A stretch of DNA of 64,000 nt from Podarcis bocagei (Eukaryota), in the NCBI GenBank assembly GCA_964188305.1, contig OZ076889.1; one strand, 5' to 3'. Below are positions 52,177 through 64,000 of this stretch, piece after piece (positions within the stretch are counted from its first letter, which is position 1; every line of letters begins with the position of its first letter). The notes below the pieces were generated by a model. The model had not been told where the DNA came from, ran no database searches, and worked only from the letters and a program-made list of their open reading frames with translations. A program made the position numbers and the translations under genes.

Positions 52177-54669
52177 GCCTAAATAGTGTTTTCCTCAGTA
52201 GTGATGTCTGCATTTTTAAAAAGCACTATTTCTTCACATTCTGATTTGCAAATCTTTCTACAGTACAGTAGGAAAGAGGAAATATGCCCATTTCATGTCT
52301 TCATCAAGACATGTCCCATCCAGCTATGACTGTTGGACGTAACATTGACAACAATGTTGTCCTGTTGACAACAATGGCACATGGAAGGTGACATTGTGAA
52401 GCACAACAAATAGCTACTTTGGTGTGATTTTTAGAGGGCTAGACTAGGGATAGGAGAACTGGGTCACTGTCAGGTAAAGATGGGTGAATCTGTCAACTTT
52501 ATTTCCTCTCAGTTTCTCATTTTTCCAGTCTGAAGTTTGCAGTCTCGATTTTTCCATTAATACATATTTTTCAAAGTGATTTTGGGTCCTTGCCAAAACA
52601 CTTCCTTAGAAATCCTCACTCCAGTAAGCATCCTGCAGAGAGTAGCTCCAGGGATTAAATGGGGTAACTCTCATGTGTGCTACCCCTTATTGAAGAAGCA
52701 ACATATTTGTCAAAAAAACTGGAATGTCTAATGATAAATATACTTTTCCTGGTTGATTTCTGGAGCACTCTTAAGTGGGACAAAGTAACATTGAGCCGAG
52801 ATAACACTGGAAGCTTCTGTGAATACATAATTGTTTAAAAACATGCACTTCTCCTCTCCCAGTATAAGGCCCAAAGCTTAAGAAAGATATAGAAATTGCA
52901 ACCTTCCACTATTGGATGTGTATGGGTCCTTTTAGAAGCTTTTGCCTAAAACTGGATGAAAAATCTCTTGGGGGGAAAAACCCGTTTGGTTGAAAACTGA
53001 TTCCGGAATATAAATGCTGTAGGAAATGACTGTGCATTCTTGTCAATAGGAAGTATTGACTTCAGTGAGTCTCCTTTCATTGAAGTGATCCGTACAATAA
53101 GAAATGGATGGCCTGGCTCTTATCCAACGATACCACATAGATGAGATTACCGACAGATTCTTAGCCACTGACATTCAAAATAATTTACAGTTGCAACAAC
53201 CTGAAAATCTATCTATCACGATGCTTCAGACTCAGACTCATCTGATTCTCTGCTGTTTCCGAAACCATCAATATTCTAGTCTTTAAAACCTATCTCAGGT
53301 GCAAGGAGTAAGGTAAATCAACTGGTTCATGGGTTGCTTCACTGCTGGGTCTAATGCTCCCTTTTGTTTTGTATCAAGCGAAGCTGAAAATTTGCAGAGG
53401 GGCATAAATTAATTTGATATGTAGCCTGCAGTAGCAAAGTGCATTATGGAGATGATTATACAATTCACACTTCCTGAACTAAAGCGTATGCACCTTAATA
53501 AAAACTGAGCCAAACGGCATAAGGGGGGGGGGGGGGAGAGAGAGAGAGAGAACATTGCAGATTTATCTACTTTTCCCCCATCTTCTTCTAGAGCTCTGCC
53601 TACCTTTTGTTCCCTTTCTCTACCCTTTTTTTGCTTTTATGTTTGGAAATGATAAATTTTCTCATGTTTTACATTTTATATTTAGTTTATCTCTTTATTT
53701 TGTATTCATTTCCCACTGAAAATGGAATGAGTCTTTAGAATAATACAGTAGATATTGAGTTTTTAAATTGCTATTGGGTATATACTGCATAAGAAGGTTA
53801 TCTGATCTCTAACTTAATCATGTGAAAATATTGCTACAGGAAAGCAGGCTTGGTAACAATGAGACACCTTTGCTTTCATAAAATTTATTTAACTATACAC
53901 CCATTATGAAGCATTAATACAGAATTCCCCCCACTTTCTGTCACATTTAGGAGAGATTTATTGTACACAGCAATTGAATTCATAGGCAACCCCCATATGT
54001 AAATACAAAAGGCTTTATACTGGGTGCTATTTAAGCTTATCAAGAAATATCACTGAATTAAGCATTTCCTAGATGTTGAAACAGATGAAATGAGCCAAGT
54101 TTGTGTTTACAGTTGAAAAGTTAGAAGAAAGAGGAAAATAATGGTTATCTAAAAACGTTTTAAACCACAGTCAATTTCTACCTTAAAACATTACTATTGG
54201 AAAAGACTGCAGAATTTAAAATGGTGGCAATCATATCTTTCCAACGTCTGCCTGACCTGCAAAAACAGACACATTGTTTTTTCATGATAACTAGATATTG
54301 GCAGCACACAATTTGTATTGCCTTGTATAAATATTTGTCTGAAGTTGCTCAATGGAATCACCATAATGTAATGCTGGCTTAATATAGTGTTTTGCACTCT
54401 TGCTGCTGCTACTTAGCTAAACAAGAGGCAATACTGCTGATGAAAGTCCTCAGTTTAGTAACAGTCTGCATAGCAAAGTTGTCCCTCAGGAACAGCAGAA
54501 AAAGGTAAACTCACCCCTCAGCAAATTCCCATCTCCTAGCGACCTTCATTCTCACTACTCTTTACCCAACTATTCTAACTGATGAATTAATAGTGTAATC
54601 CTATACATGTCTTCTCAGGAATAATTGAGTTTGATAGGACTTACTTTCAGGTAAGTGAGTTGCAGTATA

Positions 54670-54896
54670 CAGTGGTACCTCGGGTTATATACGCTTCAGG
54701 TTACATACGCTTCAGGTTACAGACTCTGCTAACCCAGAAATATGCTTCAGGTTAAGAACTTTGCTTCAGGATGAGAACAGAAATCATGCTCCGGCGGCAT
54801 AACCCATTAGCTAAAGTGGTGCTTCAGGTTGAGAACAGTTTCAGGTTAAGTATGGACCTCCAGAACGAATTAAGTACTTAACCCAAGGTACCACTG
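54670..54896. mobile_element. Tc1/mariner-superfamily MITE
   Basis: Same family as 22044-22269; TA on the left, TT on the right; small internal duplication tacgcttcaggtta. Confidence 0.9.
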
Positions 54897-55177
54897 TTAA
54901 GTCTTTAATGCCAGACACTGTTTATCCATGCAAATTATGGGGAGCTGAAATTATTTTCAGATTTATACCAAGGAAGTGAAAGTGAAAGATACTCAAACTA
55001 CAAATGTTTAACCATCAAGCATCACAACTTCAGAGAAGTATCATTTGATCCTTATCCATATAAAAACAAATTATTTTTTAGTGTTCCAGTGGTTTGGGAT
55101 TCATGAAAGTTTAATTCTAACACATTCTATATCTTTGGATACAGCATTTCTATACACATTTTGAGATACCTATGCAC

Positions 55178-55340
55178 TGTCAGGGACTGGCAAGCTGCCG
55201 ATGAATATGTGCCAGAGGCAGGGGGAAGGGAGAGGGGAGCAAAGTTTTGTGGGGACATATACGAGCCAGGAGAAAAGAATCAAGAGGCAGGGGAAGCTTC
55301 AGAGCTGGAGGGTGAAGCACAGTATGAGCCAATATGGACC
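55178..55340 (+). mobile_element. Truncated LTR fragment related to 38452-38888
   Basis: Starts tgtcagggactgg and is followed by a purine-rich tract, like the reverse complement of the 38888 end. Confidence 0.4.
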
Positions 55341-56674
55341 AGTGAAATGTGGGGAACAAGTTTCAAATATTTATGAATATTAGTTTCAGTTCTAGTTGTG
55401 ATTAATGTAGATTCTATGGATTAAAGTAACATTAAAGTATTTGTCTTAAGAAAGAAAGCCCTTTCTTAGTACGAGGACTTCAAGGAATGGAGATTGTTCC
55501 ACATTCCCAAGCGTGTTCCAGTGGTTAAGTTTCTACATTGTAAAGGAGAAAGGCATTATTTTAGTAATAGTTGTGTTACAATGATTTACCTTTACAGAAA
55601 AGCTAGCCCATTTTTCAACCTTGAAAAGTCTTCAGGCAAGCTCCTCTGTGAGTACAAATTGAAATCAATGGAGCTGCACCTTTGAGACTTTTTGAAAATC
55701 TGACCCTTGAGGTGATAAGGTCTCCGTTTATAGCTCATAACGAAGGCGAGTATCTCTCCAAGTCTTTAGAGAGCAACCACAGCATAGCAGCAAAGGGAAT
55801 GCAATGAGTTTCAGGATGTTTCCATTTCAAATGTTGCCTCTCTGATCAACACACAAGATTCCCACATACAAGCCACAGTCTCTCAGCCTCAGTTCACCCC
55901 ACCACCTTTGCAATAAGATTGTGAGGCGTGGTCAAGATTACAGCAAAAGTATGTACATTGAACATTCTACATTGTGGTACCCAATGTGGTGCTTTCCAGA
56001 TGCTGGACCCAAATTCATATCCTCCCTGTCTATAGTCTAAGCTGGCTGGCATTGATGGGAGTTGTAGTAATGCTATCACATTGATTGAAACTGTCGTCAG
56101 ATAGATTATGGTACCAGCTTGTCCACTCTCATCTGTCATAGTAGGTGACTTCATCATTTGCGTAAGTTAAAATTTGTGAAATGCTGAGTATGGGACCACA
56201 CATTTTTCTTCTTCTGACAACTCCCTCAGTCCATCATTGATCCTGTAGAGCAAAGCTAGACCATGAAAGACATGGTGGGATGGCAAGAGAGGAATTGTTT
56301 CTAGAAAAGGTGTGTTTGTAATGTGACCTGCTTTGCTGTTAACTCAGTATCTGGGGTGTGGCTTCTGAGCATTCCTCAATCCTCCTCACATTTTTGTTGA
56401 ATGCATGGCAGGTCCATATGACTAGTTCTCAATATGGATATCCATGTACAAAAGTAAAACAGAGGATTCTAGCAAATATTCTCCATTCACAAGTGGAACA
56501 GGTTTTCCCTAACACAGCAGGGCTTCACTGTCCTTTCCTTCCTGCCTGCAGACATCTGTGTGCCCTCAAAATCTGCTCCAGAGCATCAGAAGATCCTCTT
56601 GAATAGGAGGTGCACTGCAGGACAGTTGGATTGAATGAGATTCGATGACTGAGATTGGATGATTGATTGGATGA

Positions 56675-57005
56675 TGATGGCCTTCTCAATGGCTGCTGCA
56701 AGACTTTGGAAATCCCTCTCTAGAGAAGCTAGACTGACTTCATCCTTGTTGCTTTTCTGCCAGCAGGTGAATACTTTCTTCTTCCAAAAAGCTTTAGGGT
56801 ACAGACTGTTTTTATGAAAGGGCTTGTACCTTGCTTTTTTATTGTAATTATTTCTATGGATATAACAGATTTTATGTATGTGTGTAAATTTTAATTTTAT
56901 CAATATTTAATTGTTTTTAATGATTTTTTTTAGCAGTTCTTATCTTTATTTGTAAGCCACTTTGGGTCCCGTCAGGCAAAAGGGAGGGGTATTATTATTA
57001 CTTAT
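56675..57005 (+). mobile_element. L2 LINE 3' fragment
   Basis: gccttctcaatggctgctgcaagactttggaaatccct encodes AFSMAAARLWKSL; tail tgtaagccactttggg...ggggtattattatt. Confidence 0.75.
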
Positions 57006-57575
57006 TAAATTTGTATGTCACCATTCATCCAAAGGTCACAGGGCAGTTTACAGCATAAAAATACAACAACAAGAACAGTAACAACAACAACAGGTTGTGA
57101 AGTCCTGTCACCTGAGTAGAAGTTCATTCAGATAGTGCTGGGGTTTGCCTATAGTATTTAGCACTGCTAGACATATCGAAGATTGTTTATGCACAATGCC
57201 ACAGTGCTTAGAAAATTCAAGAAGGGTTATCCTGGGTTTGTTGTATTATATGGAGACTATAAATACAGTTTTTGAAGAAAATGTAGAGAGAGCCACAGAG
57301 TTAATATATGAAGTGTTCATCATTGTCTGTGTGCTGAAATGGTCAGTTTCAATCATAATTATCAGTCATTTCTAACCTGCAAAATAGTTTCCCTCACGAT
57401 ATCGTGTTGATTAGCTGATTCTCTTGCTCCAGGCTTTGGGATGTCAGTGTGTTATCTATTATTACATGCCTGAGACAAATGATAATACAATTCCTTTTAC
57501 GACTTCTCTTCCATCTGTGTTTTGGTTTCAGGAAGAAATTTGCATATGGCCCTCCTTGCTGTAGGAAAGAGCAAG

Positions 57576-57576
<1 letters not shown>

Positions 57577-57630
<54 letters not shown>

Positions 57631-57632
57631 AA
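57577..57632. repeat. (GAAA)n microsatellite
   Basis: Direct observation. Confidence 0.98.
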
Positions 57633-57719
57633 ACCAGACACCCTAAGTATGAACTCCAGAATCATAATGACTTTCAAAACTCTATCTTTAAAAGTGAAGC
57701 AGGTATGCAGGTTAATATA

Positions 57720-58870
57720 GGAGCCTAGCATTAAAGTACAAATGAGAACACAAAATACATAATAAGAACAAGAACAAAAGCAAACCAATAACCACGCTTC
57801 CAAAAACACAGTTAAAATGACATAGTATGTCAAAGAGAAATGGTTTTTCCTGGCTCCTAAAAATTAAGGCACCAGGGACTCAGTTAGATTGGTAAAGAAA
57901 AAGTGTTTTATATGTGTTGTATATGCAACATAACATTATGACACCAGATGGCGCTATGGAGTCCTGTCTTTTCCTACTGGATTTCGCGGTATGCGTTTAC
58001 AATGCGTTTAACTGAATCGCTTCTTTGCCTTGCCTAGATCCAGCCCAGGTGAGCCTCCCTGGGAAAAGCATTCCAGAAATGGGGTGTCACCGTGGAAAAG
58101 GCCTTTCCACCTTCCTGTTTCCACCTTCCAGACCTCTCATGGAGGAGACATACAAAGAAGGGCCTCAAATGTTGATTGCAGGGTCCAGGTTGGTTCATAT
58201 AGACAGACGCAGTGCTTGAGCCATTGTGGTTCTGAGCTGTTTAAGGCTTTATAGATCAAATCCAGTTCTGAGCCACCCCAGAGCCAGTTGCCTAAGTATG
58301 GGTGTTAGTCCCCCAAAATCAGCAATCTGGGAATCTTCAGCACTGCTTCTGAGATCAACTCTGTCAGCGCAGACAGGGAGACAGATGGGCAGATGGTAAA
58401 CCAACAGAATCCCTTAATCTATCCTGATTTCCCAGTGCCAGGAACACACACTCTAGATCCCTCTAGATCCCTCTCCCCATAACTGGACAGAGAGCTTGGA
58501 GAGAGAGGTACATTCTTTATAGACCACAGCAACTCTCCTTCCCTGATTCTCAAGTCTACCTTGATGTTGCACTGAGTACCCAGGTGGGCACAGCTCAGTG
58601 AAACCAACTCCATCCTGCTCATCCACCCAGGACTCAGTGATGCAGGCTAAATCAGCCTCCTCGTCCATAATCAGAGCATGGATGAAGGAAGTCTTACTCA
58701 GAGCCAACCTGGAATTCAGCAAGAGCAGCCACAGATGTAAGGGCTGGCTGCAATACCTCAGGCTGGACGGGGGGCTAGCGCACCACACAGTCACTAACTG
58801 CCCATGTCATGTGTCCCTTACCCAGCCTGCCCAACCCCACATCCACGCCTCCTCTTGCCCAAAACTACTG
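57720..58870 (-). mobile_element. Internally deleted L2 LINE (APE endonuclease N-terminus joined to the ORF2 C-terminus and tail)
   Basis: ORF 58453..58794 (LLLLNSR...DLACITESW...PPGYSVQH...VAVVYK) is APE-domain sequence; 58046-58260 is ORF2 C-terminus; no RT core in between. Confidence 0.8.
57876..58045. mobile_element. PIF/Harbinger-like MITE with a central CTCF-type motif
   Basis: Interrupts the L2 sequence ggcaccag|gtgagcc with a 3-bp duplication cag (57873-57875, 58046-58048); caccagatggcgct at 57942-57955. Confidence 0.6.
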
Positions 58871-61640
58871 TGACTGCTCTCCCCAGCTCCTCTCTTCCCA
58901 GGCACATCCTACTTCCAATTTAAAAAAAAAAAAAACCAAAATTTTAAAACACACAAGTTAAATAAAATCATAAGGACGAAATACCCTTTAGAACTGCAAG
59001 AATGATGATGATCAATCATGTATGAATCCAAGTTGTTGAGTTTTTTTGGGGGGTTAAAAAAAATAGTATGCAGTTAATTTTTCTCACTGTCTTTGATAGC
59101 CTTCTAATACGAGCTATAAAATTCTTTATGAGAACTCTGGGGAGAAAACCCATCAGACACAATTCCTCTTGATGAGGACAATCTGGACAATCTAGCAGAA
59201 GGATAATTAGGGCTGCACTCTGGCAAATTCCTGCAAAACACTTGCCATTCAGCGGCCACTCTGCCCTCGATAGTGACTGATTGCTCGCCTCTGGTTATTT
59301 ACACCCCTGTGAGGTCACTAGATAGTGACCTCAACCTTGCATTTTATACTCACAGTCCATCCCTTCTCCCCCCAGCTTTCTCAGAGTCACCTTAGGGAAC
59401 AATCCCAGTCACTGATCAGCAGCAATAGACCACTTCATTAGCTGTATTTGGCTCCCTCGGCTGTGAATGTTTCTTGCTTCTTCTGCTTGTGTCAGTGATC
59501 TGCCTGTTGCCGGTGATTTTCTGAAAGGCTGTGATAAAAAGACCATGGGGATCACATAGCAGTGAACACACAGTAGCTCGTGAAGACCAGTCACTGGCTA
59601 CCACTGCAGGTTGAGAGAAGGGGGCATGGAGAAATTGTGGATAGACAGAGCGGGGAGATCACAAATAAGGGAATGATCTGCAGTGATAAGAAAGTTCTTC
59701 CAGTGTCCTCCTTTTGGGCCAGTAAAAAAAAAGTGGCACAAGGAATTGCATTTTCTTTCACACTGTGCTGTTGTCATTGAATTAGAGATGGGTTTTAATC
59801 TCGTTCTTTTCTTCTACTTGTTCTTCTGTCTTCATATCCATTCTTCTTGTAAAATTCATATTGCCATTCAGGAGGGGTGGGAGAAACACAATCCAAAATA
59901 CTGCAGATTGGATGGAAGATAGATAGGTAGGTAGGTAGGTAGACAGATAGATAGTAATTTATACAGGAGCAAAAATGCTTTAGCAGGTTTGTACACAAGC
60001 TGTTCCTTGCCGGCATCTACACCTTGATCTCTCCCTATCAGTTCAGTTGACAGCTTTGAATCAGAAAGCAAGAGCTGTCTGGTTCTCTTCGAGAGCTGCT
60101 AAGCTGAACAGAACACTGTCACGATAGGAGGAGCAGAGAGGAGCTCTCACATGGGTTCCTCCTTGTTCCTAGGGAAACCAGATTCTCGCCTCTGCAGCTA
60201 CCTTTGCTTCTGTAATGTGAAGAGCTTTAGCCTGAGGATTACTTCTGGCTTCAATAATCTTAACAGGCAACTATGATTATTGTGGGATATCTTTCCCCAT
60301 CCCCTTTCTTCGTTTTAACCTGTGTGTTTTGCAATCAGATTTAGAGGCGATAGGAAAGGGAATTTGCATCAGAATAAGCAAAGTGGCATTATTTCATGCA
60401 CAAGCAACTTGCCCACCGACTTCCACTGGAAGCTCACTGAGGATCAATCCTTGGCCAGGAAAATGTTGCAGGCAACCATCTGTGTCACTACGCAATATTG
60501 TTTTCTTTCCAAGGGGCATGAGGGGAGGACTGACCACAGCAAGCCCAAGCGTGGATTTCGTATCTGCCTGGTGTGAATCTGCACCCTGTTTCCCCAGTGA
60601 GACTTTGCTTGCTTGGCTTGCACCACGGCAAGCTTCAACACAGGCCAACTCCTGTCGTACAGCTTTGGAGCAATCCAAACCCAGCGGATCCATTCCATCA
60701 ACATGGGGCATGTAGCATGATGAACTGATCCTGGGACCCAATGCCATGCCAACCCTTGCCCTGCCTGCTGCTGTCAATGAAGATTTGGCCTGATTTTATC
60801 CCATCACTGTCACACGGTCTGGTTATTTTGCTACTCTCATGGGTCACATAATGCACCTGCCTGGGCAATTCTGACATTTCAGTTCTTTCAGTTTCTTTGC
60901 ATTTTTGCACCAATTTGCACATGAACATTGAGGAAAACACTGCAGAAAACACGACAAAATCAAAACAGTACTGATATGGCTATGCATATTTGGATCAATA
61001 TTTTTCTGTATTTTACTGATACACATTTTTGCACATTAATAAAACACCCCACACATAGAACACTGATACAATAATATGTGCTAGCATATTGGGTTCGCTG
61101 TGTGGTGTTTTGACCCATGATGCAACTGCATGTGCCCAACAAAATAACCTGATGCGCTCATACACATAATCACAATATAATGTCCTATTTTTCTTTTCTT
61201 TCTTTCTTTTTTTTTTTTTTTTGTTTTCCAGTGTATTATCAATGCACAAATGTATATTAGTAATGTGGGAGAGCGGAGGTACACTGAAAAAAAAATGAAA
61301 GGTGCAGCAATCAATGCATGAACCATGGTTTGTAAAAAGTTCAAGAATAAAAGTGGGAATTCTTATTATATTGATTCTACCAGAAACAACAGGAGGCTCA
61401 TCAAAAACTCCCAAGATCTGGGAATAAATCTGAATGAAGGGAAACATCTGAACTATGCTTGTTTCACACTGCTTAAAGCAGGAAACAACATTTAAAAAAT
61501 CCTTTCTGAGCCTGAAGAGGACTTTAAATCCTAAGCACAATAGTTCCAGGTAGTTCACAGATTAAGTCTAAAAGAATTGTATAAAATTATAGATGAATGA
61601 AAACTCCAAATCTACTGTTGTTTTCTGTGTTTGACACATA

Positions 61641-62135
61641 AAAGGTAAAAGTACCCCTGACCATTGGTTGGTCAGTGTTCTCGAAGCTACAAACATGAGT
61701 CTGACCAAACTGCGGGAGGCAGTGAAAGACAGGAGTGCCTGGCGTGCTCTGGTCTATAGGGTCACGAAGAGTCAGACATGACTGAACGACTAAACAACAA
61801 ACCCCTGACCATTAGGTCCAGTCATGGGCGACTCTGGGGTTGTTGTGCTCATCTCGCTCTATAGGCCGTGGGAGCCAGCGTTTGTCTGCAGACAGCTTCC
61901 GGTTCATGTGGCCAGCATGACTAAGCCGCTTCTGGCGAACCAGAGCAACACATGGAAACGTCGTTTACCTTCCCGCCAGAGTGGTACCTATTTATCTACT
62001 TGCACTTTGACGTGCTTTCGAACTGCTAGGGGCCAAACAACAGGAGCTCACCTTGTCAAGGGGATTCAGACCACCGACCTTCTGATCAGCAAGCCCTAGG
62101 CTCTGTTGTTTAGACCACAGCACCACCCGCATCCT
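61641..62135 (-). mobile_element. Full-length Sauria SINE carrying a nested Bov-B fragment
   Basis: Perfect 15-bp TSD tgtgtttgacacata at 61626-61640 and 62137-62151; body matches the other two copies. Confidence 0.95.
61666..61800 (+). mobile_element. Bov-B (RTE clade) LINE 3' end
   Basis: aaactgcgggaggcagtg...gcctggcgtgct...gggtcacgaagagtcagacatgactgaacgactaaacaacaa; 13-bp TSD acccctgaccatt at 61653-61665 and 61801-61813. Confidence 0.92.
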
Positions 62136-62789
62136 ATGTGTTTGACACATAGGTGACACCAAAAGTTTCTGCACTGTATGTTCTTAGCAACTAGACATGT
62201 TAGGATGCAAAATTGTAAAGCTCAACAGAGTAGTCCATAGACTGTTGGTAGAGTAAGCTTTGGGAAATTGCTGAGAAGCTTATCCTTCAGAAATTCATGA
62301 TCAATGAGCCAGCAAAATGAGACTCATATTTTGATGTGAGGAATGACTTCTTTTCTTAGTCTACAAACAATAATCTAATGAGACCTCGGCTTCTAAAAAC
62401 TATGTTACACCTTGGGCAAGGTCACAAGCAGAAATTATGAAGATTCAAGTTAAATATACAGTATATCAGTACTTATGGGATCTGCATTATAGTTTGTAGT
62501 CCTTGGTGTTGGAAGTAAAAGACTGAAAATTGGTCTTCTCCTATTGTGGCTTTGTAACAAAAGAAAAAATGGTATGATGATATTTTGCTGTTGAACTGTT
62601 GGATGAGTATAGTTTGAATCATAAAAGGGACCCACTTTTTGAGGTCCCTGAAGTCCCTAACACTAATAATTAAATGCTATGGCACATGCTTATGCAAAAC
62701 TTATGAATGTTCATAGGTACAGCATATATGAAATCGGGAATTCTCAATTCCAGCATGCTACTGATGAAGCCATTCTACCAGCATATTAA

Positions 62790-62872
62790 CAGTGCACTCC
62801 TATATCTGTCTACTCAGAAGTAAATCCCACTGAGTCAGTGGGGCATATTCTCAGGTAAACAGGATTGCAGCC
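62790..62872. repeat. Short quasi-palindromic squamate repeat (same family as 1094-1183)
   Basis: cagtgcactcctat...tactcagaagtaa...aggattgcagcc. Confidence 0.65.
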
Positions 62873-64000
62873 TTAGTACCTCATTCTTCTAAATAAGAGT
62901 TAACAGCTTGAGAAGCAAACTCTGTGTGATTCGTTTTTATGAGATATGCCTCTTCCATGCTTGATGACATTAGGGAAAGGGGGTGCACTCTGTCAAGCTT
63001 TCATTCTCTCCATACCTTATGGGATGACTATAATTACGGAGATTAAGGAATAAAGACTCAGATAGTGTTCTTTTAAAACTTCATGAGAGGATAGTGCCAG
63101 AAGCCCTGCCTTTAATATGTTTCCTGCAATTTATTTCATTTATCCATGCTTGTTATATCTCTGTTGTTACTTTTTAATCATCACTCCCACTAGGCATTGT
63201 TTTTTTTCTATTGAGGCAGTAACTAAATGAGCCGAGAATTAAATCTGCATTACATCAGCAGTGGGCATTGCAGATATTACTGACACATTAAAAACAAGAT
63301 TCAAATAAAGCAAATAGGGAGCATGTTCTTTTTCCCTTTCTTTCTCTGGAATTGATCCCAATTCAACTGTTTAGTGACAGAACAGCATTCAGAAGACCAA
63401 CAAGGCTTTCCACAAACAAGCCATTAATGTGTGATCATGGAAGAAAATAAGATTATCCACCACCCTGAAATTTTGTTTTTCTTTGTTCTTTGAAGATTGA
63501 TTGCATGCGAAGAGGATTGATCTGACCACTGTCATAACAATGAAAGAGCATTTTTAGGCTTCCTCTTTCAGATTTAGAATACTTTACACTCAGGATAACT
63601 ATCCAGCACATAAAATAATTAGCATTTCTTACCTAGATCAAGACAGTGGAGGTCCGGATGATTAAAGGCAGCTAATGCCCTTTGCCATCCTTGGGGACCT
63701 CCTTGGGAAACTCACCATGCCAAACTTGCTGTGGACTGGAACTGCGTGTGTCCTGATGAAGTGTTGATTCAGACACACCTGTGAGAAGCCTAAGGAATTA
63801 AGACCTTGCTGCCTGTCAATAAACCATAGAGTGAGAGACTAGGGTGATGTCAAAAGGATCCATGATCCCTCCTTTCTTTGAAGATTTTTTGGAGTAGGTG
63901 GGGGCAATCTATTTATTTTCTTTGTTTTTGTTTGGGCCCTGGATGGCAGCCAAGAGACTGAGAGCTGTTGAGTGGAGAACTATGTGTCAGACGAAGGAAT

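Noticed and set aside
54417-54510. Possible small exon (GNTADESPQFSNSLHSKVVPQEQQKK|gtaaac)
   Set aside because: Weak splice signals and an unrecognised peptide; not supportable without RNA data.
61013-61558. Longest ORF in the track (181 aa)
   Set aside because: It runs through a poly-T/poly-A tract, is compositionally biased and has no recognisable domain or splice context.

Overview
Vertebrate genomic DNA of moderate AT-richness. The repeat content (Sauria SINEs, a Bov-B/RTE tail, L2 and CR1 LINE fragments, squamate-type MITEs) points to a squamate, most likely a lacertid lizard (inference). I recognise no host protein-coding exon, rRNA or tRNA gene. The ORF track is mostly chance ORFs; the only clear coding matches are L2 ORF2 pieces. 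The window reads as a gene desert or very large intron: transposon insertions, many with verifiable TSDs/TIRs, alternate with repeat-free, motif-rich blocks that look like conserved non-coding elements. The best leads are: (1) two PIF/Harbinger-like MITEs that each carry a central CTCF-type motif; (2) heavily decayed DNA-transposase fossils, one MULE/SWIM-like and several weaker Academ-like; (3) cleanly resolvable nested insertions, including a Bov-B tail inside a Sauria SINE; (4) an internally deleted L2; (5) a near-perfect de novo hairpin; (6) a TSD-less DIRS/Ngaro-like GC-rich element. I cannot demonstrate a new biological system from the sequence alone; these are leads to test.
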